NCBI GenBank assembly: GCA_965217895.1
Contig: CBDCJV010000002.1
Coordinates: forward strand, 5,120,001 to 5,184,000
Reading direction: 5' to 3'
From: Waterburya sp.
GTDB taxonomy: Bacteria; Cyanobacteriota; Cyanobacteriia; Cyanobacteriales; Xenococcaceae
Length of the DNA stretch: 64,000 nt
Shown here: piece by piece, positions 40,801 through 49,806 of the stretch
Layout: every line of letters starts with the position of its first letter
How positions within the stretch are numbered: position 1 is the first letter of the stretch
Translations under genes and position numbers: made by a program
Notes under the pieces: generated by a model
Databases searched by the model: none
What the model saw: only the letters and a program-made list of their open reading frames with translations
Told to the model about the DNA's origin: nothing

Positions 40801-41044
40801 ACCAAGTTTCCTCTTAGGCAAAACAGTATCTTACAAACAAGATAATGTTAGATATGAGACAGTCATTGATGGAGATTCTATTACTACCGTTTTATTTTCA
40901 AGTGTTGGACTAACGATCAATGGTGCTACCTGGACTGGGTTGCCAAACTATTGCCGTTTTGTCTTATCAGTTTCCGAATCTGAGTTTCAGGAGGCTTTGC
41001 AGCGAATTAAAGAGTTTTACAGTTCATTTGAGGTTGAACTATAG
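37856..41044 (+). CDS. Plant-type methionine S-methyltransferase (SAM methyltransferase plus PLP aminotransferase-like domains)
   Basis: PSIFAPEEWSFTFYEG, ELGCGSGWI, DINPRA, LYLNALD, DRIVGCIPQVLNP, SLSNYC..QGYVEDQFGLGL, FNFGGRPG, DTDISSLV.IE match plant MMT/MmtN as I recall them; 1062 aa. Confidence 0.9.
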   Translation: MTSLSLLSNVEQFLEYCSHSSADAFAAFSELLNSLKSPETQAQNRRFFGLIYQTWQSKNQQDYYFSFVTQTVKTYSGDRRELLLLLFPSIFAPEEWSFTFYEGILRYPAEEFYTRRVVELGCGSGWITLAIALNSLPEVIYGVDINPRAIVCSQLNLYLNALDEQGNPILDREQKTLIDRVKFAQSDLLEFFDDYPHPLDRIVGCIPQVLNPELEVMRDLVNQGANDEFLHSLSNYCEKQGYVEDQFGLGLLAKAIEQSIQLLRPTGKVLFNFGGRPGASVLERLMTRRGLEIRHIWQTRVEQDPDTDISSLVKIEQATGHRFEFFMTSRSNVPISAATAQVYSQHGGRIYHSVSVYEGVLAYPNWLKQIFAVLQHPSLQGVKSALDLTENDADVAEERFYWLASLFSYLNNQSHFPYGLTAGEPGLRDRITAYFRNYHSILWQPDDLIITPSRKELIANLLTIYEPSLIVIDEGLQQLLPVSWHGSQQVIEAPRRIPLVGKLMVKLRPQLVITGLKAFEMTAQEPFESLVNTAKEIGALLIVDISDNLNLSSNPVDNGLFEYLADRGLPDHVILVADSIKNRLYPSLSLCICITNSEPIQQDLIRAAELSYSRVCLITQYFYQQLLEQLLHFQTTRVQPANRELDKSQSFFTLDRSANATRAFAHPAIKESELPFKPSTIRLDYGENCLPSPKALNKAIAEAFARQEITSEECEVYKPLSAICSQKYGIKYGDRDNFIYGSGVASLFSAVVQQCRQEQGAFIFPQGAYGYFRATLDFYGVGVQTVLGNPAQGFKIDLSNLEQILKTTANPWLYLNAPISNPTGALYSAPELQSIIQLAWRYQAKVVLDTIFSGLEFDQSQPKTDLSWLQDRRHSNSSNLILLGGISKEFSAAGIRFGYLYSPSATIVRQIAEFIPGQLPQTTMYAMRRFFEGVVKDDAELIQHREAQSQLLQQRAKQLTAVLQQSGWTAIDPRGGLFLVAKPSFLLGKTVSYKQDNVRYETVIDGDSITTVLFSSVGLTINGATWTGLPNYCRFVLSVSESEFQEALQRIKEFYSSFEVEL

Positions 41045-41086
41045 ATTATCTTCTTTGAATTTGCGATCGCTCTTTTTGTCCCGTTT

Positions 41087-41639
41087 TTGGTTAAGGTGTC
41101 AGGAACAAATCTCCTGATAACTTGGCAAATGGTAATTTCAGCACTACTTATATTTGCTGTCCCCGTATTAGTTTATCGGCTAGTAAAGCAAGATTATCGA
41201 TTATGCCTTGGTGCGATCGCCTTATTTTCTATCTTGGCGTTTATTATCTATAGTGGCTATCTCATTGGCGCAAATGAGCTAGCCTTCGGTGGGACTCGTC
41301 CCCTAGCTGAATTCATTCAGAGTGAAGGGTTAGCAGATCGACCTATTTTAGTTTACGACAGGCTTCTGCCGTCCCTTGCTTTTAACCTCGACCGCAATAT
41401 TATTACCTTAACAACGGCGAAGTAGAGCGTGAAACTCAGTTTGAGATCGACGATAAGTGGAAACAATATTGGCTCGATATCCGTGAACCAGTTTCAGTAG
41501 AACAGCTAAGAAGTCTTGTCCAGTCTCCTTCTGTTCTAGTAACAAAAAAGCTGCCCGATGAGTGGAGTTGGATCGCCCAAAACTATAGCCAGTCTCAATC
41601 CTTGGCTAAATGGGTCATTTACTATCAACCCAAAATTTA
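41087..41639 (+). pseudogene. C-terminal remnant of an ArnT/GT39-like membrane glycosyltransferase, frameshifted near 41420
   Basis: TM helices, ILVYDRLLPSLAFNLDR, then VERETQFE..DKWKQYW in another frame; no N-terminus. Confidence 0.5.
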
Positions 41640-41924
41640 GGAGTTACCTCTAGAAGCACGTCGCGTCTTCCACCACATCGAAATACCTGTTGTTGCCAAA
41701 AACAACAGGCCAATTCCGTTGAGAAAAGGATAGCTTTTTTGAAAATCGATAAAGCCAAAGTCGCCCTTATGCCAGTTAATAGCCCAACTAACCTGCTCTT
41801 CAAAACCTCCGAGATCGCCAATCTGATAAACGATTCCAGTAATGAGAGTAAGCAAGATTGGCAAAATCATAATTGGTGCCAACCAGCGATGCCATTGACG
41901 TATTTTTGCAGGTTTAATTTTCAT
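41637..41924 (-). CDS. PepSY-associated TM helix protein
   Basis: RQWHRWLAPIMILPILLT..TG, WH.G, YPFLNG.GL...TG..MW. Confidence 0.85.
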   Translation of the reverse strand: MKIKPAKIRQWHRWLAPIMILPILLTLITGIVYQIGDLGGFEEQVSWAINWHKGDFGFIDFQKSYPFLNGIGLLFLATTGISMWWKTRRASRGNS

Positions 41925-41930
41925 CTTAGA

Positions 41931-41962
41931 TTACAAATTAAATGAGGTAGAAATGAGGGTAG
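41931..41962 (-). promoter_or_regulatory. Tandem direct-repeat box, copy 1 (candidate OmpR-family site)
   Basis: TTACAAATTAAATGAGGTAGAAATGAGGGTAG; 29/32 identical to 45283-45314. Confidence 0.7.
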
Positions 41963-41998
41963 AGAAAAAACATTTTTGCTGTTAAATTGTAATTAAAT

Positions 41999-42439
41999 TT
42001 AGGTAATCTTAACTAAAATTGAATCTCCTTCTACCTTGACTTCATAACTAGTAAGGGGTTCTGTGGCTGAACCTTTTAAGACTTCTCCACTACTACTAAA
42101 TTCAGAATCGTGACAAGGACAAAGAAATTTTTGCTGGTCTGATTCCCAATTCACGGCACAGCCTGCGTGGGGACAGGTAGGATTGACAGCAATTAATTTT
42201 TCTGCGTTAGTTGGGTCTTTAATAATTAAAGCTGGTTCATTTGCTGATTTTTTATTGAGAATTTGTCCTGTTTGCTCCAATTCGCTTACATTGCCAACTT
42301 GTTGAAAACCGCTTGCAGAAGCAGTAGTTTCAGCAGTAGCCTTGTCTTTAGTTTGGGTATCACAAGCAGTCAAAGCTGCTGGTAAGATACTCATTCCTAC
42401 TCCGATACCTACAAAACTGGTAAATTCTCGACGCTTCAT
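41999..42439 (-). CDS. Small Rieske 2Fe-2S protein (PetC3-like) with Tat/lipoprotein signal
   Basis: MKRREF, LTAC lipobox, CPHAGC, CPCHDSEF. Confidence 0.92.
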   Translation of the reverse strand: MKRREFTSFVGIGVGMSILPAALTACDTQTKDKATAETTASASGFQQVGNVSELEQTGQILNKKSANEPALIIKDPTNAEKLIAVNPTCPHAGCAVNWESDQQKFLCPCHDSEFSSSGEVLKGSATEPLTSYEVKVEGDSILVKIT

Positions 42440-42921
42440 TTGATAAAACCTGTTGCTAAGATGAATAAAATTTTTGGCTAGTAATTGATTGGGGAACAGT
42501 GCCGTTAAATCGAGCTAGAATAATTCCCCAATATAACCTTAGTTTTAGTGACAAAATGTCCAGACATACTTTAAATTACCTGTTCCAAAGGAAGAAAATT
42601 ATGAGTAATAGCTCCTTGAAGTAAAAATACTATTTGAAAACCATTTTTCTCTTCTCCTCTATAGTTGTGAAACTTTTTTTTCCAGGATCTCTTAAATCTG
42701 CGGTTTTTGTGGTCTAATTTTACTTGTTTTTTTAGGTTAGAGGAATGAGAAAATAAAGGCATTTTTAAAGTTATAAAAAAACGACATGATAAAAAAACTA
42801 GGCGAACATTTCTGCTGCAATTTCGGTCATACCCGTAGATAGCCAAACGTTAATAAATGATGTTTTTGATAATTCTGATTTATTTAAGAAGTAGAGCTCA
42901 AATTATCTACTGCCAGGGATT

Positions 42922-43527
42922 TCAAAATTTGAATGATGGAACTTGCATATCTTTGATTAGACCAGTCTTGAAATTAATTATCCAACCATGAATTTGAGGT
43001 GCATTATCTTTTTGTATACACTTACGCATAATTGAGGTTTGATAAAGGTTTTTTACTTGAACCATGACATTTAATTCCGCTAGACGATTAATCTTCTCTT
43101 CTTGGGTAGATAAAGAGTCTATTTCTCCTTGTTTATGAAGATATATCTCTCGGATGGGATTAACCCAATTATCAACCAATCCAGTGGTGTTTCCTTCTAA
43201 AGCAGCTTCGATACCTCCGCAGCCATAATGTCCACAGACAATAATATGCTGTACTTTTAAATGAGCGATCGCGTAATCTAAAATAGATAAGAAGTTGAAG
43301 TCTGTCAGAGATACTTGATTGGCAATATTGCGATGAACAAAAGTTTCTCTAGGTTCGGTTTGAGTAAACCTAGTCAAAGGCATTCGACTATCGGAACAAC
43401 CAACGTATAAGTAAGGTGGTTTTTGTCCTGCACCTAATTCGTTAAAGTATTCTGGTTCTGAGGCAAGTTTTTGAGCAGCCCAGTATTGGTTATTTTTCAG
43501 TAATTCTTCTATAGTGTAGTGAATCAT
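42922..43527 (-). CDS. Beta-class carbonic anhydrase
   Basis: GCSDSR, FVHRNIAN, CGHYGCGG. Confidence 0.95.
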   Translation of the reverse strand: MIHYTIEELLKNNQYWAAQKLASEPEYFNELGAGQKPPYLYVGCSDSRMPLTRFTQTEPRETFVHRNIANQVSLTDFNFLSILDYAIAHLKVQHIIVCGHYGCGGIEAALEGNTTGLVDNWVNPIREIYLHKQGEIDSLSTQEEKINRLAELNVMVQVKNLYQTSIMRKCIQKDNAPQIHGWIINFKTGLIKDMQVPSFKF

Positions 43528-43663
43528 TTACAGTACTTAACGTTATTCAGCTTAAATAGTTGAAAAAATTGTCGGCATCAAGTTTTTGCTCGGAAATAAC
43601 CGTTTTTTTTCTTGTTTCTTCAGAGTTAGGGACATGACTCTTTTGATTTGGGATGTCGATAGC

Positions 43664-44365
43664 TTACGCTACTGTCCCGAAAAGTGTTCCGACGACTATC
43701 GTAAGAGCCATTGCCAACGCTCCTAAAATTGTCATTCTCGCAACTCCGACAGCAATATTTGCACCACCAGTACGCGCAGCTAATCCCCCTAAAACTGCCA
43801 AGAATACCAATGAACCTATTGCTACACCGGGAATCATTAAGGTTTTTGGACTTAGTATGACTAGAATTAAGGGTAAACTTGCTCCCACTGCAAACGTAAC
43901 AGCAGATGCCAGCGCAGCCTGAATCGGTCGGGCTTGGTGTATTTCTGACAACCCCAGTTCATCACGGGCGTGAGCAGAAAGGGCATTGTGAGCCATTAGC
44001 TGACTAGCTACTTGTCGAGCTAGAGAGGGCGTTAAACCTCTATCTACATATATTTTAGCTAGCTCTTCTTGTTCAGAATCTTGGTCTTCCTCCAGTTCGC
44101 GCCTTTCGCGAGCTAGATCGGCCAATTCTGTATCGGCTTGAGAACTGACCGACACATATTCTCCTGCTGCCATAGACATGGCTCCAGCCACCAGTCCTGA
44201 TACTCCAGCGACAAGTACACCGCTCTTGACAGTATTAGCAGCAGCAACTCCTACGACTAAACTAGCGGTTGAGACAATGCCATCATTTGCACCAAGCACT
44301 GCTGCTCGCAACCAACCAATTCGGTCTGTGTAGTGACGTTCAAAATGTTTACCTGTCTTGGGCAT
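43664..44365 (-). CDS. VIT1/CCC1 family Fe/Mn transporter
   Basis: WLRAAVLGANDGIVS, AGAMSMAAGEYVSVSSQ, AHARDELG. Confidence 0.95.
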   Translation of the reverse strand: MPKTGKHFERHYTDRIGWLRAAVLGANDGIVSTASLVVGVAAANTVKSGVLVAGVSGLVAGAMSMAAGEYVSVSSQADTELADLARERRELEEDQDSEQEELAKIYVDRGLTPSLARQVASQLMAHNALSAHARDELGLSEIHQARPIQAALASAVTFAVGASLPLILVILSPKTLMIPGVAIGSLVFLAVLGGLAARTGGANIAVGVARMTILGALAMALTIVVGTLFGTVA

Positions 44366-44476
44366 ATTTTCTTTCTTTCCTCGTAGATCCTCTTATTCCA
44401 ATGGGTTCGAGGGTTGTGTCGCTAATAATCAACAGGACAAGAATATTTTCGAGCAGGTAAACCAATAAAAATGCTG

Positions 44477-45211
44477 TTACCTGCTGGCAGGTTGCCTATT
44501 TTCTAATTCAGCAGCTCGAACTATTGCTCCGCGCTTATCTTCAAGTACATGATGATAAAGTAAAGCAGCAGCGGCACCGCCAGCCAAAGGACCGAGCCAG
44601 TAAAGCCAAAAATATTTTAGTCCACCTCCCATCAACGCTGGTCCTAAATAACGAGCGGGGTTCATTGCCGCACCGCTTAAAGGACCACCCGCAAAAATAT
44701 CGAGAGCTACAGTCAAACCAATAAACAATCCACCCATTTTAGGAGCGCGAAAATCGATCGCCGTGCCAAAGACAACAAATACCAAGAAAAAGGTGAGGAT
44801 AAATTCCATCACCAAACCCATTATAGGAGTTTCTGCATTCCCCAGACCTGGAGTTCCCATGCTAACTGCTTGAAGTACATCCAGAGGAATTGCTAGCTTA
44901 AGCAAACTGGCAGCAAAAATTGCTCCTAAACATTGAGCCACAATATACCCAACAGCGTTTTTTGGGTCGATTTTGTTGGTTAGCCAAGCACCAAAGGTAA
45001 CGGCTGGATTGAGATGACCGCCACTAACCGCAGCAGTAGCACTAACCATAACTGCAATAGTAAAACCGTGTGCCAGGGCAATAGCAGCCAAGTCTACTGC
45101 CGTTCCCGTTATTCCTCCTCTAACAATATAGTTAGTGGCGATCGAGCCTACCCCAACAAAAATCAGGGCAAAAGTACCGATAAACTCTGCTATTAAAGCT
45201 TTGGAATTCAT
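44477..45211 (-). CDS. Aquaporin (MIP family)
   Basis: SGGHLNPAVT and AMNPAR NPA motifs. Confidence 0.95.
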   Translation of the reverse strand: MNSKALIAEFIGTFALIFVGVGSIATNYIVRGGITGTAVDLAAIALAHGFTIAVMVSATAAVSGGHLNPAVTFGAWLTNKIDPKNAVGYIVAQCLGAIFAASLLKLAIPLDVLQAVSMGTPGLGNAETPIMGLVMEFILTFFLVFVVFGTAIDFRAPKMGGLFIGLTVALDIFAGGPLSGAAMNPARYLGPALMGGGLKYFWLYWLGPLAGGAAAALLYHHVLEDKRGAIVRAAELENRQPASR

Positions 45212-45282
45212 GATTTTTAGTTCCTCAGAAGTTTACAATTTGTTCTACCGATTTATCACTCTATTTAAGCTACTCGCTCAAA

Positions 45283-45314
45283 TTACAAGTTAAATGAGGT
45301 AGAAATTGGGGTAG
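45283..45314 (-). promoter_or_regulatory. Tandem direct-repeat box, copy 2
   Basis: TTACAAGTTAAATGAGGTAGAAATTGGGGTAG. Confidence 0.7.
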
Positions 45315-45322
45315 GAATAGCT

Positions 45323-46669
45323 TCAATTAATCGGTAATTTGACTTCAAAACAACTACCAATATTAAGTTGACTAGTTACTGAGATTCTGCCATGATGATG
45401 CTCTGCGATCGCTTTAGCAATAGCTAATCCCATCCCCATACCTCCAGCCCTTCTGGTTCTAGCTTTATCTGCTCTCCAGAAGCGATCGAATACTAAGGAT
45501 AAATGTTTTGGTGCAATCCCAATTCCAGTATCTTCGATCCTGACCAAGACACTTTGTCGCTCTCGTGTCATGGTTACAGTGACTTTTCCGCCTGAAGGTG
45601 TATATTGCAAGGCATTTTCGATCAGATTTCTAAATAAACGCGATAGTTCGCTGTCATCTCCTTTGACTATGACTTCAGGTAGCAAATTAGATTCAAGATT
45701 AATATTTTTTTCTTGAGCCGAAGATTCAAAAAGTTCGAGTAAATCTTCTAATATTTCAGTTAATGAAAGCTCAACCCAGGTTGTTTGATTCTGGAAATCG
45801 TCTGAATCCATTCTGGCTAACAACAACAAATTTTCTACTAGTTGGATAGTGTGGTCTGTGGTTGAGGCGATCGCGCCAATTTTTTTGAGGTCTTGAGGAT
45901 GCAGTCGCTCTGGATAATACTCCATCACCTGAACCGAGGTTTTAATAGCTGCTAAGGGACTACGCAGTTCGTGAGCAGCATCGGCAGTAAACTGTTTAAG
46001 TTGCTCAAAGCTTTGCTCGATTGGTTTAAGCGACTGCTTGGTCAGCCAGATGCCTCCCAAGCCTGTTAAGCCAATGATGCCAATCCCACCGACTCCTAGA
46101 CCCCAACGTAGGCGAGTCAAAATAACTTCGATCTCGTCAGTAACCTGACTAGCACGAATGTATCCTTCCAATTGTTTTCGATCATTACTACCGCTATAGG
46201 CTGGTAGAGTTAGAGTTCTAATTTTCTTTTGCCGTCCAAACTGCCATCCTGGCTGTAGAGGTAGTTCGTTTAATAATTTACCAGCATTTCCGACTAAACG
46301 TTTTTGAGCATCAAACCACTCGACACCTTGATCTGGTTGACGCAAATCTTGCCAAGGAATATCTAAGTCGCCATCATTGTCGAGATAGCATCTAGTTTTG
46401 GCAGATGTCGGATTACCGATTAATCCTCGTTGCTGACGTTTTTCATAGTGAGCTTTAACTCCTACTAAATTATGAGAGGCAGCCTGGGCTAAAACTTCTA
46501 AACGCCGATCCATCTGTTCGTAGAGATTATGACGGGTATATTTATAGATTGCCAAAGCTGAAATACCCAAAATCGTCATCATTACAGTCATGTAAGACAG
46601 CAGCAGCCGCCATCTTAGTGCTTGGGAATGCTGAGGGTTAGATTTGTTGCAGACGATATCCAAAACCAT
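45323..46669 (-). CDS. Sensor histidine kinase (two TM helices; start uncertain)
   Basis: QFTADAAHELRSPL H-box, NLIENALQY, DTGIGI, FDRFWR, GMGMGL. Confidence 0.95.
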   Translation of the reverse strand: MVLDIVCNKSNPQHSQALRWRLLLSYMTVMMTILGISALAIYKYTRHNLYEQMDRRLEVLAQAASHNLVGVKAHYEKRQQRGLIGNPTSAKTRCYLDNDGDLDIPWQDLRQPDQGVEWFDAQKRLVGNAGKLLNELPLQPGWQFGRQKKIRTLTLPAYSGSNDRKQLEGYIRASQVTDEIEVILTRLRWGLGVGGIGIIGLTGLGGIWLTKQSLKPIEQSFEQLKQFTADAAHELRSPLAAIKTSVQVMEYYPERLHPQDLKKIGAIASTTDHTIQLVENLLLLARMDSDDFQNQTTWVELSLTEILEDLLELFESSAQEKNINLESNLLPEVIVKGDDSELSRLFRNLIENALQYTPSGGKVTVTMTRERQSVLVRIEDTGIGIAPKHLSLVFDRFWRADKARTRRAGGMGMGLAIAKAIAEHHHGRISVTSQLNIGSCFEVKLPIN

Positions 46670-47318
46670 AAACTGTTTCTATTAGATTGGCAGGCGCACC
46701 AACCGCTTTTAGCTTTCTGCGTAATGTCTTCAGATGTACTTTTACCGTTTCTTCTGAAGGAGGATCGTCAAATGTCCACAGGCGATCGATAATCGTACTA
46801 CGACTTACTAATTTACCTTGTTGGCGCAACAATAAGTCCAATAAGCCATATTCTTTAGGAGTTAAGTGTATTGGTTGTTCTTGATAGGTAACTTGGCAAC
46901 TACTACCATCTAGCAGTAAATCTCCCCATTCAAGTACTGGAAGTAAATTGATGCTGCCACGTCTTAGTAAAGCGCGAATCCGAGCTAATAGTTCAGGTAG
47001 ATCGAAGGGTTTGACCACATAATCATCTGCTCCCACATCCAAACCGATAACGCGATCGCTACTCATATCCCTAGCTGTTAACATTAATACAGGAGTCATA
47101 CTACCAGTTCGTCGTAATCGCTTACATAAACTAATCCCATCTAATTTAGGTAGCATAATGTCGAGAATAATTAGATCGTAAACAGCAACTTCCATAAACG
47201 CCCATCCTATCTCCCCGTCGGTTGCAGCATCTACAGCGTAATGTTGCCTATCAACTAAAACCTCTATTAATGCTGCTGCTAGTTGTTCGTCATCTTCTAC
47301 CAACAAAATTTTCATCAC
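46638..47318 (-). CDS. OmpR-family response regulator
   Basis: ILLVEDD, DIMLPKLDG, GADDYVVKPF, IETVYGFGY. Confidence 0.95.
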   Translation of the reverse strand: MMKILLVEDDEQLAAALIEVLVDRQHYAVDAATDGEIGWAFMEVAVYDLIILDIMLPKLDGISLCKRLRRTGSMTPVLMLTARDMSSDRVIGLDVGADDYVVKPFDLPELLARIRALLRRGSINLLPVLEWGDLLLDGSSCQVTYQEQPIHLTPKEYGLLDLLLRQQGKLVSRSTIIDRLWTFDDPPSEETVKVHLKTLRRKLKAVGAPANLIETVYGFGYRLQQI

Positions 47319-47848
47319 AGTTTCTTGACTTCGACCAACAATTTAGAATAAGAGAATAAGCTCTGAGACTATGGTAACTCCTTCAAGAGATGCAGCTTCA
47401 ACAGTAGGTTTTTCGACCATTATTGCCTGATTTATCGCAGCTTATTTAGGGAAGTTAGACAGTTTGAATGCTTTAAATATCTTCATTAATGATTGATGAA
47501 ACAGGAGACGCTGAGAAAGGAAAAAGTACTGATTATTGAAGAAAATGGTATAAGAGGCGACGAAATCGCTCTCTCGGAAATTATTATTGTCATGAGAGAT
47601 TAATAATTGTTACCAGATAAATTAATAAGATTAAATTTACAAATACCTTAGTAAAAGTCTGAATTTTCAAGATAAATAAAAAGATACTCTTCTAAAAGAA
47701 GCTTAAACTAGCAACTAAGCCTATTATGCCAATATGAGCTGGTTTTTTAACTATTTAATCTAGTTTTGCTCTTATAGAACCCATTTGGTATTTAATTAAC
47801 TGCTAATCTTTTGAGCATGAGTCAAGGTTTACCCATATGCACTTACCG

Positions 47849-47890
47849 CAAGCGTGGAATAAGCTTGGGTTTCCCAAGCATTTCCGCTTG
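47849..47890. repeat. Small dispersed hairpin repeat (same family as 21939-21982)
   Basis: CAAGCG-TGGAATAAGC-TTGGG-TTT-CCCAA-GCATTTC-CGCTTG. Confidence 0.7.
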
Positions 47891-47942
47891 TTAAGACCGC
47901 GCTCGTTCGCTGAATTAGCAACGCCATAAATTTTTTCACTGT

Positions 47943-48281
47943 TCATGGTTTACTGTTGATGGAAGATTGAGAAACTTTAGTTTCATTATGACGAGAGGCT
48001 TTCCAGATTCCCCAAGCAGCAATACAAACTGTAAAATTTCCCACTACGGTCATAGATGCCTGCAAGACAACCAGCCATTTAAGAGATTGAGTATTATCAA
48101 AAAAGTGCCAGGTACAGGCACACATAGCACTGACTAAAGCTGGTAACATAGCAAACGACAAGTTGTACCAAGCGCGATCGCCTGTAATTTCTCCATACTG
48201 CCAAATATAGTAAATAGCAGCAGCCCACTCAAGGACGCTTGATACATGAACTATCCAGGTTGGAATTGATAATGCGTGCAT
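47943..48281 (-). CDS. DUF2499 / Ycf49-like membrane protein
   Basis: MHALSIPTWIVHVSSVLEW, AMCACTWHFFDN. Confidence 0.92.
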   Translation of the reverse strand: MHALSIPTWIVHVSSVLEWAAAIYYIWQYGEITGDRAWYNLSFAMLPALVSAMCACTWHFFDNTQSLKWLVVLQASMTVVGNFTVCIAAWGIWKASRHNETKVSQSSINSKP

Positions 48282-48288
48282 TACTGAT

Positions 48289-48315
48289 GTACGGGCGAAC
48301 GGCCGTTCGCCCCTA
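48289..48315. repeat. REP-like palindrome
   Basis: GTACGGGCGAACGGCCGTTCGCCCCTA. Confidence 0.8.
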
Positions 48316-48337
48316 ACTGATTACTGATTTAATAGCA

Positions 48338-49306
48338 CTACTTAGATAGCTTATTTTCTAGCCATTCTATAACTTGCTTACCTAAGCCGACATTATTTAG
48401 GCGATCTATTTCTCTAATTCCTGTTGGACTAGTAACATTAACCTCTGTTAAATAGCCACCAATTACATCAATACCTACAAAATAGAGAGCGTCAGCTTTT
48501 AATTGAGGTGCAACCAAGGCACAAATTTCTTTTTCTCGCTCGGTAATATCTACCTTGACAGCTTTTCCTCCCACTGCCATATTGCCTCTAAAATCATTAC
48601 CGCTGGGAACACGATTAACTGCACCGATGGGTTCACCATCGAGCATAATAATTCTTTTATCTCCTTCTTTGGCAGCAGGTAAATATTCTTGAACCATTAC
48701 TGGTTCTCGCCCTCGGTAAGTGCTAACTTCAACTATAGAGTTAAAATTGCGATCGCCCGCTTCTAAAAATAAAATTCCCTCGCCTCCTTTACCGCCTAAA
48801 GGTTTTAAAACAGCAGATTTTTTCTCATCTACAAATTTGGCAATTACTAACTTATCCTGGCTGACAATAGTTTCAGGGATTATAGAAGTAAATTGTAGGG
48901 CATATACTTTTTCGTTAGCAGTTCTTAACCCTTGAGGAGAATTAACCACTAAAGTTTTACGGCGATCAATTAAGTCTAATATGTATGTCGTATACAAATA
49001 AGGAACAGTAACAGGAGGATCGCTGCGCATAAATATAGCGTCCATTTCCTCCAAACAAGTTAAAATTTTGCCCTGAACTTGATACCAATCGGCTTCTGCC
49101 TGCCAATGTTCATCCACTAACTTCACGGGTTTAAGATCGACGGCTTGTAAATATCCCCAAGCTTTTCCCTCAATAATGCTCAATTGATTGGCAACCGTAA
49201 TCCAAACTTGATGACCTAATAACTGCGCTGCTTCCATCATGGCAACACTGCTATCATGTCCAGGATCTAGTTTGGCTATTGGATCGATGATAAATGCCAG
49301 CTTCAC
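48338..49306 (-). CDS. gshB: Glutathione synthetase
   Basis: FIIDPI, MRSDPP, ANEK, GDKRI, FRGNMAVGG, EVNVTSPTG. Confidence 0.97.
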   Translation of the reverse strand: MKLAFIIDPIAKLDPGHDSSVAMMEAAQLLGHQVWITVANQLSIIEGKAWGYLQAVDLKPVKLVDEHWQAEADWYQVQGKILTCLEEMDAIFMRSDPPVTVPYLYTTYILDLIDRRKTLVVNSPQGLRTANEKVYALQFTSIIPETIVSQDKLVIAKFVDEKKSAVLKPLGGKGGEGILFLEAGDRNFNSIVEVSTYRGREPVMVQEYLPAAKEGDKRIIMLDGEPIGAVNRVPSGNDFRGNMAVGGKAVKVDITEREKEICALVAPQLKADALYFVGIDVIGGYLTEVNVTSPTGIREIDRLNNVGLGKQVIEWLENKLSK

Positions 49307-49378
49307 TCTGTTTCCTTTGAGTAATTTCTTAATTTAGCTTCTAACTTCATAAGTAATAAGATACAGCTTCAGAATACC

Positions 49379-49636
49379 TCAATTCAACAAAGCGTCTAAT
49401 TCTCCATTGCTTTCTAGAGCATAAACATCCTCGCATCCGCCAATATGGCGATCGTTAATAAATATTTGCGGTAAGCTAGATTTGCCATTAGCTCTTGCTT
49501 TCATCTTATCTCTGGCATCTTCGTCTCCATCAATACAATATTCACTATATTCAACTCCTTTTTCGTCCAATAGACCCTTAGCACGAATACAAAACGGACA
49601 ACGACTCCAGGTATATATTTCTACTTTTGCTGTCAT
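49379..49636 (-). CDS. grxC: Glutaredoxin 3
   Basis: CPFC, LPQIFI, HIGGC. Confidence 0.95.
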   Translation of the reverse strand: MTAKVEIYTWSRCPFCIRAKGLLDEKGVEYSEYCIDGDEDARDKMKARANGKSSLPQIFINDRHIGGCEDVYALESNGELDALLN

Positions 49637-49806
49637 AGCTATAGTGAATATTAAGTATTATTACATTTTCTCCATTTTAGACTGATTTGTTAACTGAGTG
49701 AAACTTTTTTGCTAAATATCTTAGCAATGGTTCGGACAATTTTTGTAAAAGAGAGAAAAAAAGCCATCCACTGAATTAAGGTAAAAGTGTTGAAAGATTA
49801 CCTGCA

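Noticed and set aside
42571..42846. 91-aa ORF here (also the 80-aa ORF at 23937..24179)
   Set aside because: AT-rich, no motifs or clear RBS; probably intergenic.
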